Shown: positions 18,080 through 27,557, counted from the first letter of the stretch. The stretch is 64,000 bases of DNA from Acidimicrobiales bacterium (GCA_035552395.1 DASZLL010000044.1:10371-74370), one strand, 5' to 3'. Numbers and translations are program-made. The notes: generated by a model from the sequence alone, not told the origin.

Positions 18080-20836
18080 TTAGCCGGCGAGCGCTCCGTG
18101 GAGGACGCGCAGGTCGGGCGCCGGGTTGGCGTCGGCGCTGGTGTTGGTGGTGGCGTTGGCCAAGAGCAGCTTGTCGAACGAGGCCGCCGAGACCGGGCGG
18201 GCAAAGTAAAACCCCTGGGCGACGTCGCAGCCCAGGTTCTTCAGCTCTTCGAGCTGGGCCACCGTCTCGACCCCCTCGACCACCGTCGTCGAGCCGATCG
18301 CCCGCGAGAGCGCGACGACGGCCGAGACGATGGCCGACTTGACCGGGTCACGGTCGATGTCGCGTACGAAGCTTTGGTCGATCTTGACGACATCGATGGG
18401 GAAGCGGGCCAGGTAGCCGAGCGACGAATGCCCGGTCCCGAAGTCGTCGATGGCGAGCTGCACCCCGAGCTTGTGCAACCGGGCGAGGATGGTCGACGTG
18501 AGGTCCACGTCGTCCATGGCCAGACTCTCCGTGATCTCGAAGCACAGCTGGGACGGGTCCACCGACGTGGCCCGGATCACGCCGGCGATCTCCTCGGCCA
18601 GGCCGTCCTGCTGGAATTGGCGCGCCGACAGGTTCACGCCGACCTGGAGCGGCTGGCCGTAGGCCTCGTGCCACGTCCTGGCTTGCAGGCACGCCTGCTC
18701 GAGCACGGCATGGCCGATGGGCAGGATCGTGCCGTTGTCCTCGGCCAGCTGGATGAACTGCGCGGGGAGCAGCAAGCCGTGGTCCGGGTGGTTCCAGCGG
18801 ACCAGCGCCTCGGCACCCACGATGCGCCGGTCGGCGAGCGAGACCAGCGGCTGGTAGACGACCTCGATCTCGGCGCGTTCGACCATGTGGTGGAGCGCGG
18901 TGTCGAGATCGAGACGGCCGACCGAGCGCTCGCCCATGCGGTCCGCGTCGAAGACGGCGAACTGGCCGCCCCGGCCCCGGTCCTTGGCCCGGTACATGGC
19001 GACGTCGGCGTCGTGCAACAGGTCGTCGCGGGACTTGCCGGACTCGCTGAGGGCGACCCCGATGCTCATCGTGGCGACGAGCTCGTGGCCCCCGCTGAGG
19101 ATGACCGGGCCACGCAGCGCCTCGAGCACCCCGTTGACGACCTCGATGGCGTCGTCGGGCGAGTACACGCCTTCGAGCAGGATCACGAACTCGTCCCCGC
19201 CGAAACGCGACAGCGTGTCACCCGGGCGCACGGCACGACGGAGGCGATCACCGACGACCCGGAGCAATTCGTCGCCCACCTGGTGACCCAGGTTGTCGTT
19301 GACGACCTTGAAGCGGTCGATGTCGCAGAACAGTACGGCCACCTGGCTGCCGGTCCGGTCCGCCTGCAGCAACGCGTGGTCGAGGTGGTCGAGCAGCAGC
19401 CGGCGGTTGGCCAGCCCGGTCAGCGCATCCTGGAAGGCATGCCGGGCCAGCTGCTCCTCGAAGGCCTTGCGCTCCGACGTGTCGCGGAAGACGATCACCG
19501 CACCCGGCGACGATCCGCCGACCACGGGCGAGGCGGTGACCGTGACCGGGAAGTGCGACCCGTCGGGCCGCTCGAATCGCGTGTCGTAGATGGTCACGTT
19601 GCGTCGCAGCGCGATCGCTCGCATGGCCGGCTCGAGCAGGAACCGTGGCGTCTCACCGGCCGGGAGGAGCGGACCCTCTCCCGCCTCGCTCGGTCCGAGG
19701 GCGTACCAACCGAGCATGCTCGCGCCGGCCGGGTTCAGGAACGTGACGTCGCCGGACTCACTGATGGCGCAGACGCCCTCGCCGAGACTGCTGGTGATGG
19801 TGGACAGGTGCTCCCTCTGGCGTTGCACCTCCCCGTAGAGGTGCGCATTGGCGAGCGCGATGGACCCGACGGAGGCGAGGGCGTCGAGGAGCGCACGGTC
19901 CCCCTCGTCGAAGGGCTCGGTCCGGCTCCGGCCCGCGACGCCGAGCCAGAGCGTCATGTCGTCGAACACCATCGGGGCGGACAGCCCGTCGCCCCCGTCG
20001 GGCCGCGTTGCGGTCAGCGTCACGTCGGGTGAGCGCAGCAGCGTGCCAGCGGCATTGAGGACGGCGGACTTGGTCTCCTCAGTGCCCATCGACCGGTTGA
20101 CGTCCAGTGTCGCCTCGAACAGCCCGTGCAGCCGGGCCCGGTCGTGGAGGGCGTAGAACTGGCCGGTGCCGAGGTAGCGCACGATCAACAGCGGCAGCAG
20201 GGCGATCGGGAGGTACCCCGGGTCGCGATCGAGCAAGAGCGCGGCCGGCGCGGCGATGCCGATGCCGCCGACGATGACGAGGAGCTTGCCCTTCAGGCCG
20301 CCGAGCACGGTGCGCCGCCAGGGCGTGCCCAGGGTCGACATGATCGAGACCATGGCGGCCGTGTTCACGACGAAGTAGCACGCGGCACCGGCCAGGGCGG
20401 CCAGTGCGCTGGCGTAGCCGACATGGGCTTCCGGCGCACCGTGGAGCAAGCTGAAGACAAGGGCACCGACGCCGACCGAGGTCACCACCTGCCCGACGTT
20501 GAAGATCGACTTCACCAACGGCCGCCGCTTGATCGTCTGGGCGGCGATCGTGACGAAGGCGAAGACGAGGACCGTCATGGCCGACGGCACGAGCAGGATC
20601 AGCAGGACGAAGAAGCCCTCGTCGAAGTCGATCGCGTCCGATTCGCCGTCGAAGTACAGCGTGATCGGCCAGATCCACGTCGCCGCCATGAGCGCACCGA
20701 AGACGGCCGCGAAGGTGACCTCCATGCCACCGGGCCAGCCGGTGGTGACCATGCGGGCCAGCGACAGCGCAACGGCCACGAGGCCGGTGGCCGCCCAGAG
20801 CGCCACCACGACACGTGATGACCTTGGGAGGCTCAC
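18080..20836 (-). CDS. Membrane-bound sensor PAS/GAF-GGDEF-EAL protein (c-di-GMP synthase/phosphodiesterase)
   Basis: 918 aa. It has an N-terminal module of about 8 TM helices, a GAF-like region and a PAS domain (GVCAISESGDVTFLNPAG). The GGDEF domain reads RPGDTLSRFGGDEF, an RxxD I-site at canonical spacing. The EAL domain has EALVRW, DDFGTG and KIDQSF. Confidence 0.9.
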   Translation of the reverse strand: MSLPRSSRVVVALWAATGLVAVALSLARMVTTGWPGGMEVTFAAVFGALMAATWIWPITLYFDGESDAIDFDEGFFVLLILLVPSAMTVLVFAFVTIAAQTIKRRPLVKSIFNVGQVVTSVGVGALVFSLLHGAPEAHVGYASALAALAGAACYFVVNTAAMVSIMSTLGTPWRRTVLGGLKGKLLVIVGGIGIAAPAALLLDRDPGYLPIALLPLLIVRYLGTGQFYALHDRARLHGLFEATLDVNRSMGTEETKSAVLNAAGTLLRSPDVTLTATRPDGGDGLSAPMVFDDMTLWLGVAGRSRTEPFDEGDRALLDALASVGSIALANAHLYGEVQRQREHLSTITSSLGEGVCAISESGDVTFLNPAGASMLGWYALGPSEAGEGPLLPAGETPRFLLEPAMRAIALRRNVTIYDTRFERPDGSHFPVTVTASPVVGGSSPGAVIVFRDTSERKAFEEQLARHAFQDALTGLANRRLLLDHLDHALLQADRTGSQVAVLFCDIDRFKVVNDNLGHQVGDELLRVVGDRLRRAVRPGDTLSRFGGDEFVILLEGVYSPDDAIEVVNGVLEALRGPVILSGGHELVATMSIGVALSESGKSRDDLLHDADVAMYRAKDRGRGGQFAVFDADRMGERSVGRLDLDTALHHMVERAEIEVVYQPLVSLADRRIVGAEALVRWNHPDHGLLLPAQFIQLAEDNGTILPIGHAVLEQACLQARTWHEAYGQPLQVGVNLSARQFQQDGLAEEIAGVIRATSVDPSQLCFEITESLAMDDVDLTSTILARLHKLGVQLAIDDFGTGHSSLGYLARFPIDVVKIDQSFVRDIDRDPVKSAIVSAVVALSRAIGSTTVVEGVETVAQLEELKNLGCDVAQGFYFARPVSAASFDKLLLANATTNTSADANPAPDLRVLHGALAG

Positions 20837-20876
20837 CGCTTACCCCGCTCCGTGTGCGCGGTCGCTCTGGGCCTGC

Positions 20877-22565
20877 TCAGTTCCAGGCCGAGCCGTTCCA
20901 CGCCGATCCGTTCCAGGCCGAGCCGTTCCAGGCTGAGCCGTTCCAGGCGGACCCGTTCCAGGCCGAGCCGTTCCACGCCGACCCGTTCCAGGCGGACCCG
21001 TTCCAGGTCGAGCCGTTCCAGGTCGAGCCGTTCCAGGCCGAGCCGTTCCAGGCGGACCCGTTCCAGGCCGAGCCGTTCCAGGCCGAGCCGTTCCAGGCGG
21101 ACCCGTTCCAGGCGGACCCGTTCCAGTTGGCGTCGTTCCACGACGACATCGCGCCGGACGACACCAGGCCGATCGTTTGACCGAGCAGCGTGAGCAGGTT
21201 CGGCACGGGCTGGTTCAGCGTCATCGGCGCCGAACCGACGGCCGTCGCGACGTTGAGGATGCCGTGGCCGTCAACGAAGGGATCCCCAACGGGACCGGGC
21301 GCTGTCGTGCCGATGAGCGTGCCCTTCACGGTGTTCGGCGTGTACGACGGGTCCGCGGCAAGCAGGAGCGCGGCCGCACCGCTCGTGATGGCCGAGCTGA
21401 ACGACGTACCGGAGCCCACGAAGTTGGCGCTGCCAACACGGGCCGACGGATTCTGCGAGTCGATCGTCGAGCCGGCAACGCGCAGGCTCACCACCGAGCG
21501 GCCCGAAGTGACCAAGTCGGGCTTGAACCAGCCATCGGGGTTGGTCGGGCCGACGCTGCTGAACGTCGTCATCGAGTCGCTCGCCGCATCGCCCTGCGCC
21601 CCGTCGTCGACGGCGCCGGTCGTGATGACGAGCGGGTCGTCGCCTGGGGACAGGACGGTGCCGTTCCCCGGACCCGAGTTCCCGGCCGAGGCGACAACGG
21701 TGATGCCCGACTCCCACGCCTTCTCGACCGCCTGGTCGAGTGGGTCGAGCACGGTTGACTCGACGGGCAGGTAGCCGAGCGACATGTTCAGGACGCTGAT
21801 GTTGTCCCTGGACTGGTTGGCGATCGACCAACCGACGCCGGCGATCACCGTGGCGAGGTCGGTCTGCCCAGTCGCGCCGGCCACCTTGACCGAGACGAGG
21901 CCGGCTCCCGGCGCCTCTCCGCTGTAGGCGCCGTTCGAGGATGCCCCGTTGCCGGCGATCAGCCCGGCGACAAAGGTGCCGTGGCCATAGCTGTCCACCC
22001 AGGGGTTGCCGCCGCCCGACAGGTCGACGCCATCGACCATGCGGCCGGCGAAGTCAGGGAGTGCGGCGATGCCGGTGTCGAGGACCGCAACATTGACGCC
22101 GGCCCCGGTATCACCCTGCGCCCAGAGTTGGGTAGCGCCGCTCTGCTGGGTAAAGGCATCAGACGCGGCGTGGCCCGACGGGCCGATGGAGCCCTGGACG
22201 TTCACGGTGAGGTCGGGCGTGACCTCGATGCCCGGAATGGCGTCGAGGAGCGTGACCTCCAGCGAGCTGAGCTTGGCCGTGACGGCGTTGACGAACGACA
22301 ACGTGGTCACGACGTTGACGCCGAGCCCGTTGAGCGCGGTGAGGACCTGACCCAGCGTGCCGGACGGCGCCGACACGATGTACGTGGTTGACCCTCCGCC
22401 GAGGCCGAGCAGCCCACCGCCGCCCCCGAGCAGCCCCGCTTGTGCGGTCGCCGGCAGCGCCACGACCGAAGTACTGAGCGCGGCTGCCCCGGCGAAGACA
22501 AGACTCCCCAACCGGACACCACGACGACCCATTGCGTGACGGGTACGACGACGCAAGAACCCCAT
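20877..22565 (-). CDS. Secreted subtilisin-like (S8) serine protease with a C-terminal Trp-pentapeptide repeat tail
   Basis: ATG 22565 is preceded by GGGGGAGGGGG. A signal peptide ends in ATAQA. The catalytic triad motifs are VAVLDTGI (Asp), HGTFVAGLIAG (His) and GTSFSSAITSGAAALL (Ser). The C-terminus is 18 xxxWN units running up to the stop codon. Confidence 0.9.
   Translation of the reverse strand: MGFLRRRTRHAMGRRGVRLGSLVFAGAAALSTSVVALPATAQAGLLGGGGGLLGLGGGSTTYIVSAPSGTLGQVLTALNGLGVNVVTTLSFVNAVTAKLSSLEVTLLDAIPGIEVTPDLTVNVQGSIGPSGHAASDAFTQQSGATQLWAQGDTGAGVNVAVLDTGIAALPDFAGRMVDGVDLSGGGNPWVDSYGHGTFVAGLIAGNGASSNGAYSGEAPGAGLVSVKVAGATGQTDLATVIAGVGWSIANQSRDNISVLNMSLGYLPVESTVLDPLDQAVEKAWESGITVVASAGNSGPGNGTVLSPGDDPLVITTGAVDDGAQGDAASDSMTTFSSVGPTNPDGWFKPDLVTSGRSVVSLRVAGSTIDSQNPSARVGSANFVGSGTSFSSAITSGAAALLLAADPSYTPNTVKGTLIGTTAPGPVGDPFVDGHGILNVATAVGSAPMTLNQPVPNLLTLLGQTIGLVSSGAMSSWNDANWNGSAWNGSAWNGSAWNGSAWNGSAWNGSAWNGSTWNGSTWNGSAWNGSAWNGSAWNGSAWNGSAWNGSAWNGSAWNGSAWN
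20880..21149. repeat. 15-bp tandem repeat, 18 units (consensus plus-strand GTTCCAGGCCGAGCC, minus-strand GGCTCGGCCTGGAAC = GSAWN)
   Basis: I counted the units directly. Units 1-16 encode GS(A/T)WN. Units 17 and 18 are degenerate (DANWN, MSSWN). At least five synonymous nucleotide versions encode GSAWN. Confidence 0.95.
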
Positions 22566-22905
22566 ATTTCCCCCTCCCCCGAATGCCTCCGATGGGGAAG
22601 GTAACACCGGTGTTTGTGCACTTCAACGGTCGTCGGTCGCTTCCATAGGAAATTCGGCCCTTTTTGCACGCCCTGTTCGAGTCACCTGGGCCGCTGACCA
22701 GCGATTGTGCGCGTCCGGTGGCAGGTCGGTTGCAGTGCGTTCCGCGCGGGTGCACGAGACGGGCCCCGCCGTGCGACTTTTGCCGTCGACACCACTCGGT
22801 CAACCGGAAATCGCAGCACGGCTGACGGCGCATCGGACGACGGCGCGGCTTGTTCGTGAGCACCCGCCATCGGCAAGCGATGGTCGCACCGGTGCTCGGG
22901 GTCGA

Positions 22906-23538
22906 TCAGGTCTGGCGCTGGTGCTTGCCCTTGACCTGCTCGGCCTTGTAGTTCCGATAGCGGTGCCAAAACACGAGCACGACGGCGAGCACCGCCAAGG
23001 CGGCGAGGACGTAGCCGGCGTAGCTGAAGCCGTTGAGCACGCTGTTGTAGGTGCCGGCGAGGTTGTACCCGATCACCGAGAGCGCGCTGCACCAGATCGC
23101 ACAGCCGATGACCGTGAGCACGAGGAACCTGCCGACGGCCATCTCGCCCAGTCCCGCCGCGAAGGAGACGAACGAGCGCAGCAGTGGGATGAAGCGTCCG
23201 AACAGGACGACCGGCTCACCGCGGCGGGCGAACCATGACTCGGCGCGGTCCAGATCCTTGTGCGTCAGGAGGACGTACTTGCCCACCCGGTCGACCAGCG
23301 TCCGGCCTCCGTACCGCCCGATGGCGTAGCCCGCTGCCGAACCCAAGACCTCGCCGAGCGTCGCCAGGATGATCACGATCGCCAGGTTCAAGGGCTTGCC
23401 CTGGCCGTGCACCATGCCGCTGGCAAAGGCGCCGCCGCCGATGATGGCCAACTCTGCCCCGACGGGCAGCCCCATTGACGAGATGAAGCTCAGCACGAAG
23501 ACCGCGCTGTACCCCGCTGATTCGAGAAAATGCTCCAC
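22906..23538 (-). CDS. DedA family (SNARE-associated) membrane protein
   Basis: 210 aa. Motifs seen: VFVLSFISSMGLPVGAE and GRFIPLLRSFVSFAAGLGEM. Confidence 0.85.
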   Translation of the reverse strand: MEHFLESAGYSAVFVLSFISSMGLPVGAELAIIGGGAFASGMVHGQGKPLNLAIVIILATLGEVLGSAAGYAIGRYGGRTLVDRVGKYVLLTHKDLDRAESWFARRGEPVVLFGRFIPLLRSFVSFAAGLGEMAVGRFLVLTVIGCAIWCSALSVIGYNLAGTYNSVLNGFSYAGYVLAALAVLAVVLVFWHRYRNYKAEQVKGKHQRQT

Positions 23539-23624
23539 GGCCTACCTTGCTCCCGCTATCGGTTCGTCGGTCATCATTGGCGCGACGCCATCACGACGCA
23601 ATTCATGGTGCATGTGGGTCTTCC

Positions 23625-23993
23625 CTACCGTCTGGAGGTTCCGCCGGAAGTGACGACAGGACGCGAGGTGGTCGTGGCCGGGGGCTGGGTGGTCTGGGTG
23701 GTCTGGGTGGTGACAGTGGTCTGACCCGACGAGTCGTCGCCCTCACCCGAACCGGACGCTCCCGTCATCTGCGGTGTAGTAGGCGCTGGCCCTGTCGTCG
23801 ATGTGGCCGTGGTACCTGGACTCGCGGGTGGAGGTAACGGCACCGTCGCCCCTGGGTGTTCCCGGGCCACGAGCACGCCGATGACAGCCGTGCCTCCTCC
23901 CGCGACGACCACGACGCCTTTGGTGAGACGCCGAATTCGTACCTCGGCTCGCTCGCGCTTCGCGGGCGAATAGCCGCCACGGGCGCGTCTCAT
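23625..23993 (-). CDS. Small single-pass membrane protein with a Thr/Pro-rich extracytoplasmic tail
   Basis: 122 aa. It has a basic N-terminus, one TM helix (GVVVVAGGGTAVIGVLVA) and a T/P/S/G-rich tail. The tail includes TTQTTQTTQ, encoded by a 9-bp x3 repeat at about 23688-23714. No family recognised. Confidence 0.45.
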   Translation of the reverse strand: MRRARGGYSPAKRERAEVRIRRLTKGVVVVAGGGTAVIGVLVAREHPGATVPLPPPASPGTTATSTTGPAPTTPQMTGASGSGEGDDSSGQTTVTTQTTQTTQPPATTTSRPVVTSGGTSRR

Positions 23994-24158
23994 CCTCGGG
24001 TCCCCAGATGTGCGGACGCGCGCTCTCTCGACAGGCTCATCGGCTCGGGATCAGACAGTATGGATCAAACCTGAAGACGAGATGAAGGCGGCTGATAGCT
24101 GCTTCGAAGCTCAATCTCATAGCCTGAAGGTCGTGGTCTTCAGAGGTTCTACGCCGTC

Positions 24159-24827
24159 GTGAGAGTCCTCGTCGCGGAAGACGATCCCGCTCTTCGCTCG
24201 GTACTCGAACGGGGCCTCCGCGAGAACGGCTACGTCGTCGACTCGGTCGCCGATGGCTCAGCCGCCCTGCGCCACCTCCATGCGTACGACTATGACGTCG
24301 CGGTCCTCGATTGGCGGATGCCCGAACGGACGGGCATAGAGGTTGTCGAAGAAGCGCGTAGGGAGGGACACCAGACGCCGATCCTGATACTCACTGCCCG
24401 CGACACGGCAATGGATCGGGTCACAGGCCTCAACGTCGGGGCGGACGACTACCTCGTCAAGCCTTTCGATTTCGCGGAACTGATCGCTCGGATACAGGCC
24501 CTGCAGCGCCGACCACCGGTCATGCTGGCCCCGGTGCTCGAATGCGCCGACCTCCAGTTCGATCCCTCCACTCGAGTCATAGCCGTCGCCGGTCAGAAGA
24601 TTTCGACCACCACGATCGAGACGTCTCTGATCGAACTTCTCCTGCGACGATCACCCGCGGTCGTGACGCGACGCGTGATCGCGGTGCAGGTGTGGGACGA
24701 CGAAGCCGACGCAGTCGGATCGAACACCATTGAGGTCCACGTCGGTCGAGTCCGTGCCAAACTTGGCAACAGCCGAGCTCGGATCGAGACCGTGCGCGGC
24801 CTGGGCTATCGGTTGGTCGAGGCATGA
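24159..24827 (+). CDS. OmpR/PhoB-family response regulator
   Basis: GTG start. The receiver domain has VLVAEDD and DVAVLDWRMP. The C-terminus is a winged-helix domain (IETVRGLGYRL). Confidence 0.9.
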   Translation: MRVLVAEDDPALRSVLERGLRENGYVVDSVADGSAALRHLHAYDYDVAVLDWRMPERTGIEVVEEARREGHQTPILILTARDTAMDRVTGLNVGADDYLVKPFDFAELIARIQALQRRPPVMLAPVLECADLQFDPSTRVIAVAGQKISTTTIETSLIELLLRRSPAVVTRRVIAVQVWDDEADAVGSNTIEVHVGRVRAKLGNSRARIETVRGLGYRLVEA

Positions 24828-26098
24828 GCACCACCCGAGCGCATCGTCGGCACACCGTGCGGATCGCGGCCATCACGACACTGCTCGTGATGCTGTCTTA
24901 CCTGATCGCCGCAATTGTAGTGAACCTGATCGTGACGAACCGCCTGGTCGCAAACGTAGACGCTCGCCTACTCGACAGAATCGAGGACACGCGTCAACAG
25001 GCATCGATAACGCCCACCATCGCACCGGGCAACGACCGGGACATCGATGATGCGCCATCCTTTCTCTGGTCCATCAGCCCTCGTGGTGCCGTCACGGTTC
25101 TGACTCCGGGCGCGCCCCCGCTGCCGACGCGCCCATGGAACAGCGAGCCGACCTCCGTTCAAGTTGGCCGTTCCACATTCCGATTCGATGCGCGGCACGT
25201 CGACGGCACGACCATTGTCGCGGGCCAGAGCGTGGCGAATACGTCGAACGTCCAGTCGACCTTGCTCCTCGCCGAAATCGTTTTTGGCGCGATTCTTGCC
25301 GTTGCGGTCTTCTGTGGGGCCCTGCTCGTCGGCTTGCGGGCAGCCGCGCCATCGGAGCTTGTTCGTCGCCGGCAGGCGGAGTTCACCGCGGACGCGTCCC
25401 ACGAGCTGCGCACGCCGATTTCAGTCATCGAGGCCGAAGTGGAGCTCGCGCTCGATCATCCGCGCGACCCGAAGGTGTATCGGGAAGTCTTGTATCGAGT
25501 TGGCCGCGAGGGTGCGCGTCTTCGCCACATCGTCGAAGATCTTCTCTGGCTGGCCCGGGCCGACGACGACCACGGTCACGACGGGCTCGACGAGTCCACG
25601 GACGTGGCTGAAGTGGCGGAAGCGTGCACGGAGCGATTCACTGCCGTCGCCGAGACACAAGGCGTCTCGCTTCACGCCGGGCACGTTGGCCCAGGGCCGT
25701 TCATCGTTCAGGCTTCGCGTGAGTTGGTCGATCGACTCGCCGGGGTGCTGATTGACAATGCCTGCAAGTTCGCCGGTCAGGGGGGGCGCGTTGAGGTGAG
25801 CGTGCGAATCTCGGGAAGTCGGATCGTGCTTCGTGTTGACGATTCCGGACCGGGCATCCCCGAAGACCAACGGGACGCCGTCTTCGACCGTTTCCATCGC
25901 GCCACTGATTCCGTGCTGGGCACGGGACTTGGGTTGGCGATTGCGGACTCGGTGGTCCGATCGACCGAGGGCAGCTGGGACATTGGGGTGGCGGAGCTCG
26001 GGGGTGCACGCATGGAGGCCAACTGGCGCCGTGCCGGGCCGCGCCGCTCTCGAGTGGGGCCGACGGAGGTTGCCCCTCTGAGCGAATCATTAGCCTGA
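24824..26098 (+). CDS. Sensor histidine kinase (HisKA/HATPase_c)
   Basis: ATGA overlap with the response regulator. Two TM helices flank a sensor loop of about 130 aa. H-box FTADASHELRTP, N-box IDNACKF, G1 DDSGPGI and G2 GTGLGLAI are present. Confidence 0.9.
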   Translation: MSTTRAHRRHTVRIAAITTLLVMLSYLIAAIVVNLIVTNRLVANVDARLLDRIEDTRQQASITPTIAPGNDRDIDDAPSFLWSISPRGAVTVLTPGAPPLPTRPWNSEPTSVQVGRSTFRFDARHVDGTTIVAGQSVANTSNVQSTLLLAEIVFGAILAVAVFCGALLVGLRAAAPSELVRRRQAEFTADASHELRTPISVIEAEVELALDHPRDPKVYREVLYRVGREGARLRHIVEDLLWLARADDDHGHDGLDESTDVAEVAEACTERFTAVAETQGVSLHAGHVGPGPFIVQASRELVDRLAGVLIDNACKFAGQGGRVEVSVRISGSRIVLRVDDSGPGIPEDQRDAVFDRFHRATDSVLGTGLGLAIADSVVRSTEGSWDIGVAELGGARMEANWRRAGPRRSRVGPTEVAPLSESLA

Positions 26099-26302
26099 TC
26101 GCTTGCCGGCGTCATCAGCCCGTCAGCCTCGGCCAACTACGCTGTGGGCATGGGAAAAAGCCCTGGGTTCAAGCGCGGTTTCGATGGCCCTGGCCAGCGC
26201 CTTGCCCACTCCGTCGGGGACGTCAGCGCCTTTTTGTCAACGTGACCTGCGGGGTCAAGGTGGAGCCCTCCCGCCTGTGAGCCACGTCTCGCCACGACCG
26301 GA

Positions 26303-27553
26303 ATGCCCGTGCTGAGCCCCACGCTCGAAAACGATCTCGACACCGAGCGAGAAACGCCACCGCCGCCGCCCCGCAAGGGCCGTTGGTCGCGTTCGCCCGT
26401 CCACCGGCGTCGACGGCGCATCTTTGCCGGCGTCGCCGTGGTGCTCGCCGTGTGCCTCATCTGGCTGGCCGTGTCTCTCGGGGGGGCGCTGACCAACCCG
26501 GCGCTGGGCAGTTCGATGAGCGCCCGCCTGGCCGAGTGGGCCCGCGAGCACGGAGGTGCCTCGGTCGTCAATTGGGCGGAGAACGAGTGGTACTCGCACC
26601 ACCAGCCGAAGATCGGCGGGGCACTCCCGAAGGGCACCATCCACAAGCCGAAGACGGTGACAACCGCCCCGGCGTCGGTTGCGGTGCCGCACCTGCCCGC
26701 ACCCGCGCCGATCGTGCCGATCGTGAGTCCCGCCGTGAGCGGGGAGGGTCAGTGGTCACCGGCCGGACGACTCGTCGATGGGGTACCCGCGATCTACACG
26801 ACCGTGCTTCGGCCCAGCGCGATCCATACGAGCTACGTCGTCGGCATCGCGTGGATGGACGCGACGCTGCTGAAGGCAACCCTCTACTCGGGGAGCCAGA
26901 TTCCAGGGGGCGGTCCGTACAGCCACACCGCCCCCGTGTCCCCGAACGATGCCACCTCTCTGGTGGCCGCCTTCAACGCCGGATTCCTCATGCCCGCCGC
27001 CAACGGGGGCTATTACACGGACGGCAAGACGATCGACCCGCTCCGCAACGGTGCGGCGTCCTTCGTGGTCTACAAGAACGGGTCCTCGACCGTCGGACAA
27101 TGGGGGCGGGACGTCTCGATGACCTCGGACGTCGTCTCGGTGCGTCAGAACCTCGACCTCCTGGTCGACAACGGCCAAGTGGTGCCCGCCGCCTACAACG
27201 CCAACGCGACCCAATGGGGAGCCACCCTCGGCGGCGCCGATTACGTGTGGCGCTCGGCTCTCGGAGTTACGGCCAACGGCGCACTCGTCTACGTCGGTGG
27301 CCCCGGGCTCAACATCGTCGACCTGGCGAACATCCTCGTCAAGGCAGGGGCGGTCCGCGCTATGGAACTCGACATCAACACCGACTGGGTGAACTTCAGC
27401 AGCTACCAGCCCTCGACGCCCAAGGGGCCGGCAAGCGCAACCAACGGGACGGAGTTGCTCTCCGGCATGACCGGCACGCCGGGCCGCTACTTCGCTTCGT
27501 GGTGGGCCCGCGACTTCATCACCTTGTCGGCGCCAACCTCTGCAACCCGCTGA
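26303..27553 (+). CDS. Membrane-anchored phosphodiester glycosidase (NAGPA/DUF2233) family protein
   Basis: 416 aa. It has a basic N-terminus, one TM helix and a C-terminal NAGPA-like domain (GALVYVGGPGLNIVDLANILVKAGAVRAMELDINTDWV). Confidence 0.7.
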   Translation: MPVLSPTLENDLDTERETPPPPPRKGRWSRSPVHRRRRRIFAGVAVVLAVCLIWLAVSLGGALTNPALGSSMSARLAEWAREHGGASVVNWAENEWYSHHQPKIGGALPKGTIHKPKTVTTAPASVAVPHLPAPAPIVPIVSPAVSGEGQWSPAGRLVDGVPAIYTTVLRPSAIHTSYVVGIAWMDATLLKATLYSGSQIPGGGPYSHTAPVSPNDATSLVAAFNAGFLMPAANGGYYTDGKTIDPLRNGAASFVVYKNGSSTVGQWGRDVSMTSDVVSVRQNLDLLVDNGQVVPAAYNANATQWGATLGGADYVWRSALGVTANGALVYVGGPGLNIVDLANILVKAGAVRAMELDINTDWVNFSSYQPSTPKGPASATNGTELLSGMTGTPGRYFASWWARDFITLSAPTSATR

Positions 27554-27557
27554 TCCG

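Noticed and set aside
16780-18204. 474-aa minus-strand ORF and 415-aa plus-strand ORF (16836..18083) overlapping icmA
   Set aside because: These are alternative or antisense frames of the mutase gene. They are Arg/Pro-rich and motif-free, whereas the 16416..18044 frame carries the full mutase signature.
18098-20032. 644-aa plus-strand ORF
   Set aside because: It is antisense to the PAS-GGDEF-EAL gene. It has no motifs and a composition typical of a shadow frame.
20880-21149. Possible CRISPR array or contingency microsatellite
   Set aside because: The units are contiguous with no spacers, are 15 bp long, and lie entirely inside a coding frame. Synonymous variation among units argues against a freely slipping microsatellite.
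20815-21193. Plus-strand ORFs translating to PFQAEPFQAEPFQAD... and SRPSRSR... repeats
   Set aside because: These are mirror or alternate frames of the 15-bp array. The array belongs to the minus-strand S8 protease, whose frame is continuous with the catalytic domain.
22520-22565. Twin-arginine (Tat) signal on the S8 protease (FLRRRTRH)
   Set aside because: The sequence does not fit the S/T-R-R-x-F-L-K consensus. A generic Sec-type signal peptide ending in ATAQA is sufficient to explain it.
24069-24146. Repeated CCTGAAG motifs and a CTGAAG/CTTCAG inverted repeat just upstream of the response-regulator start, as an autoregulatory OmpR-type site
   Set aside because: There are only two short direct copies at about 52-bp spacing and a 6-bp stem. 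That is easily chance, and no independent support is available.
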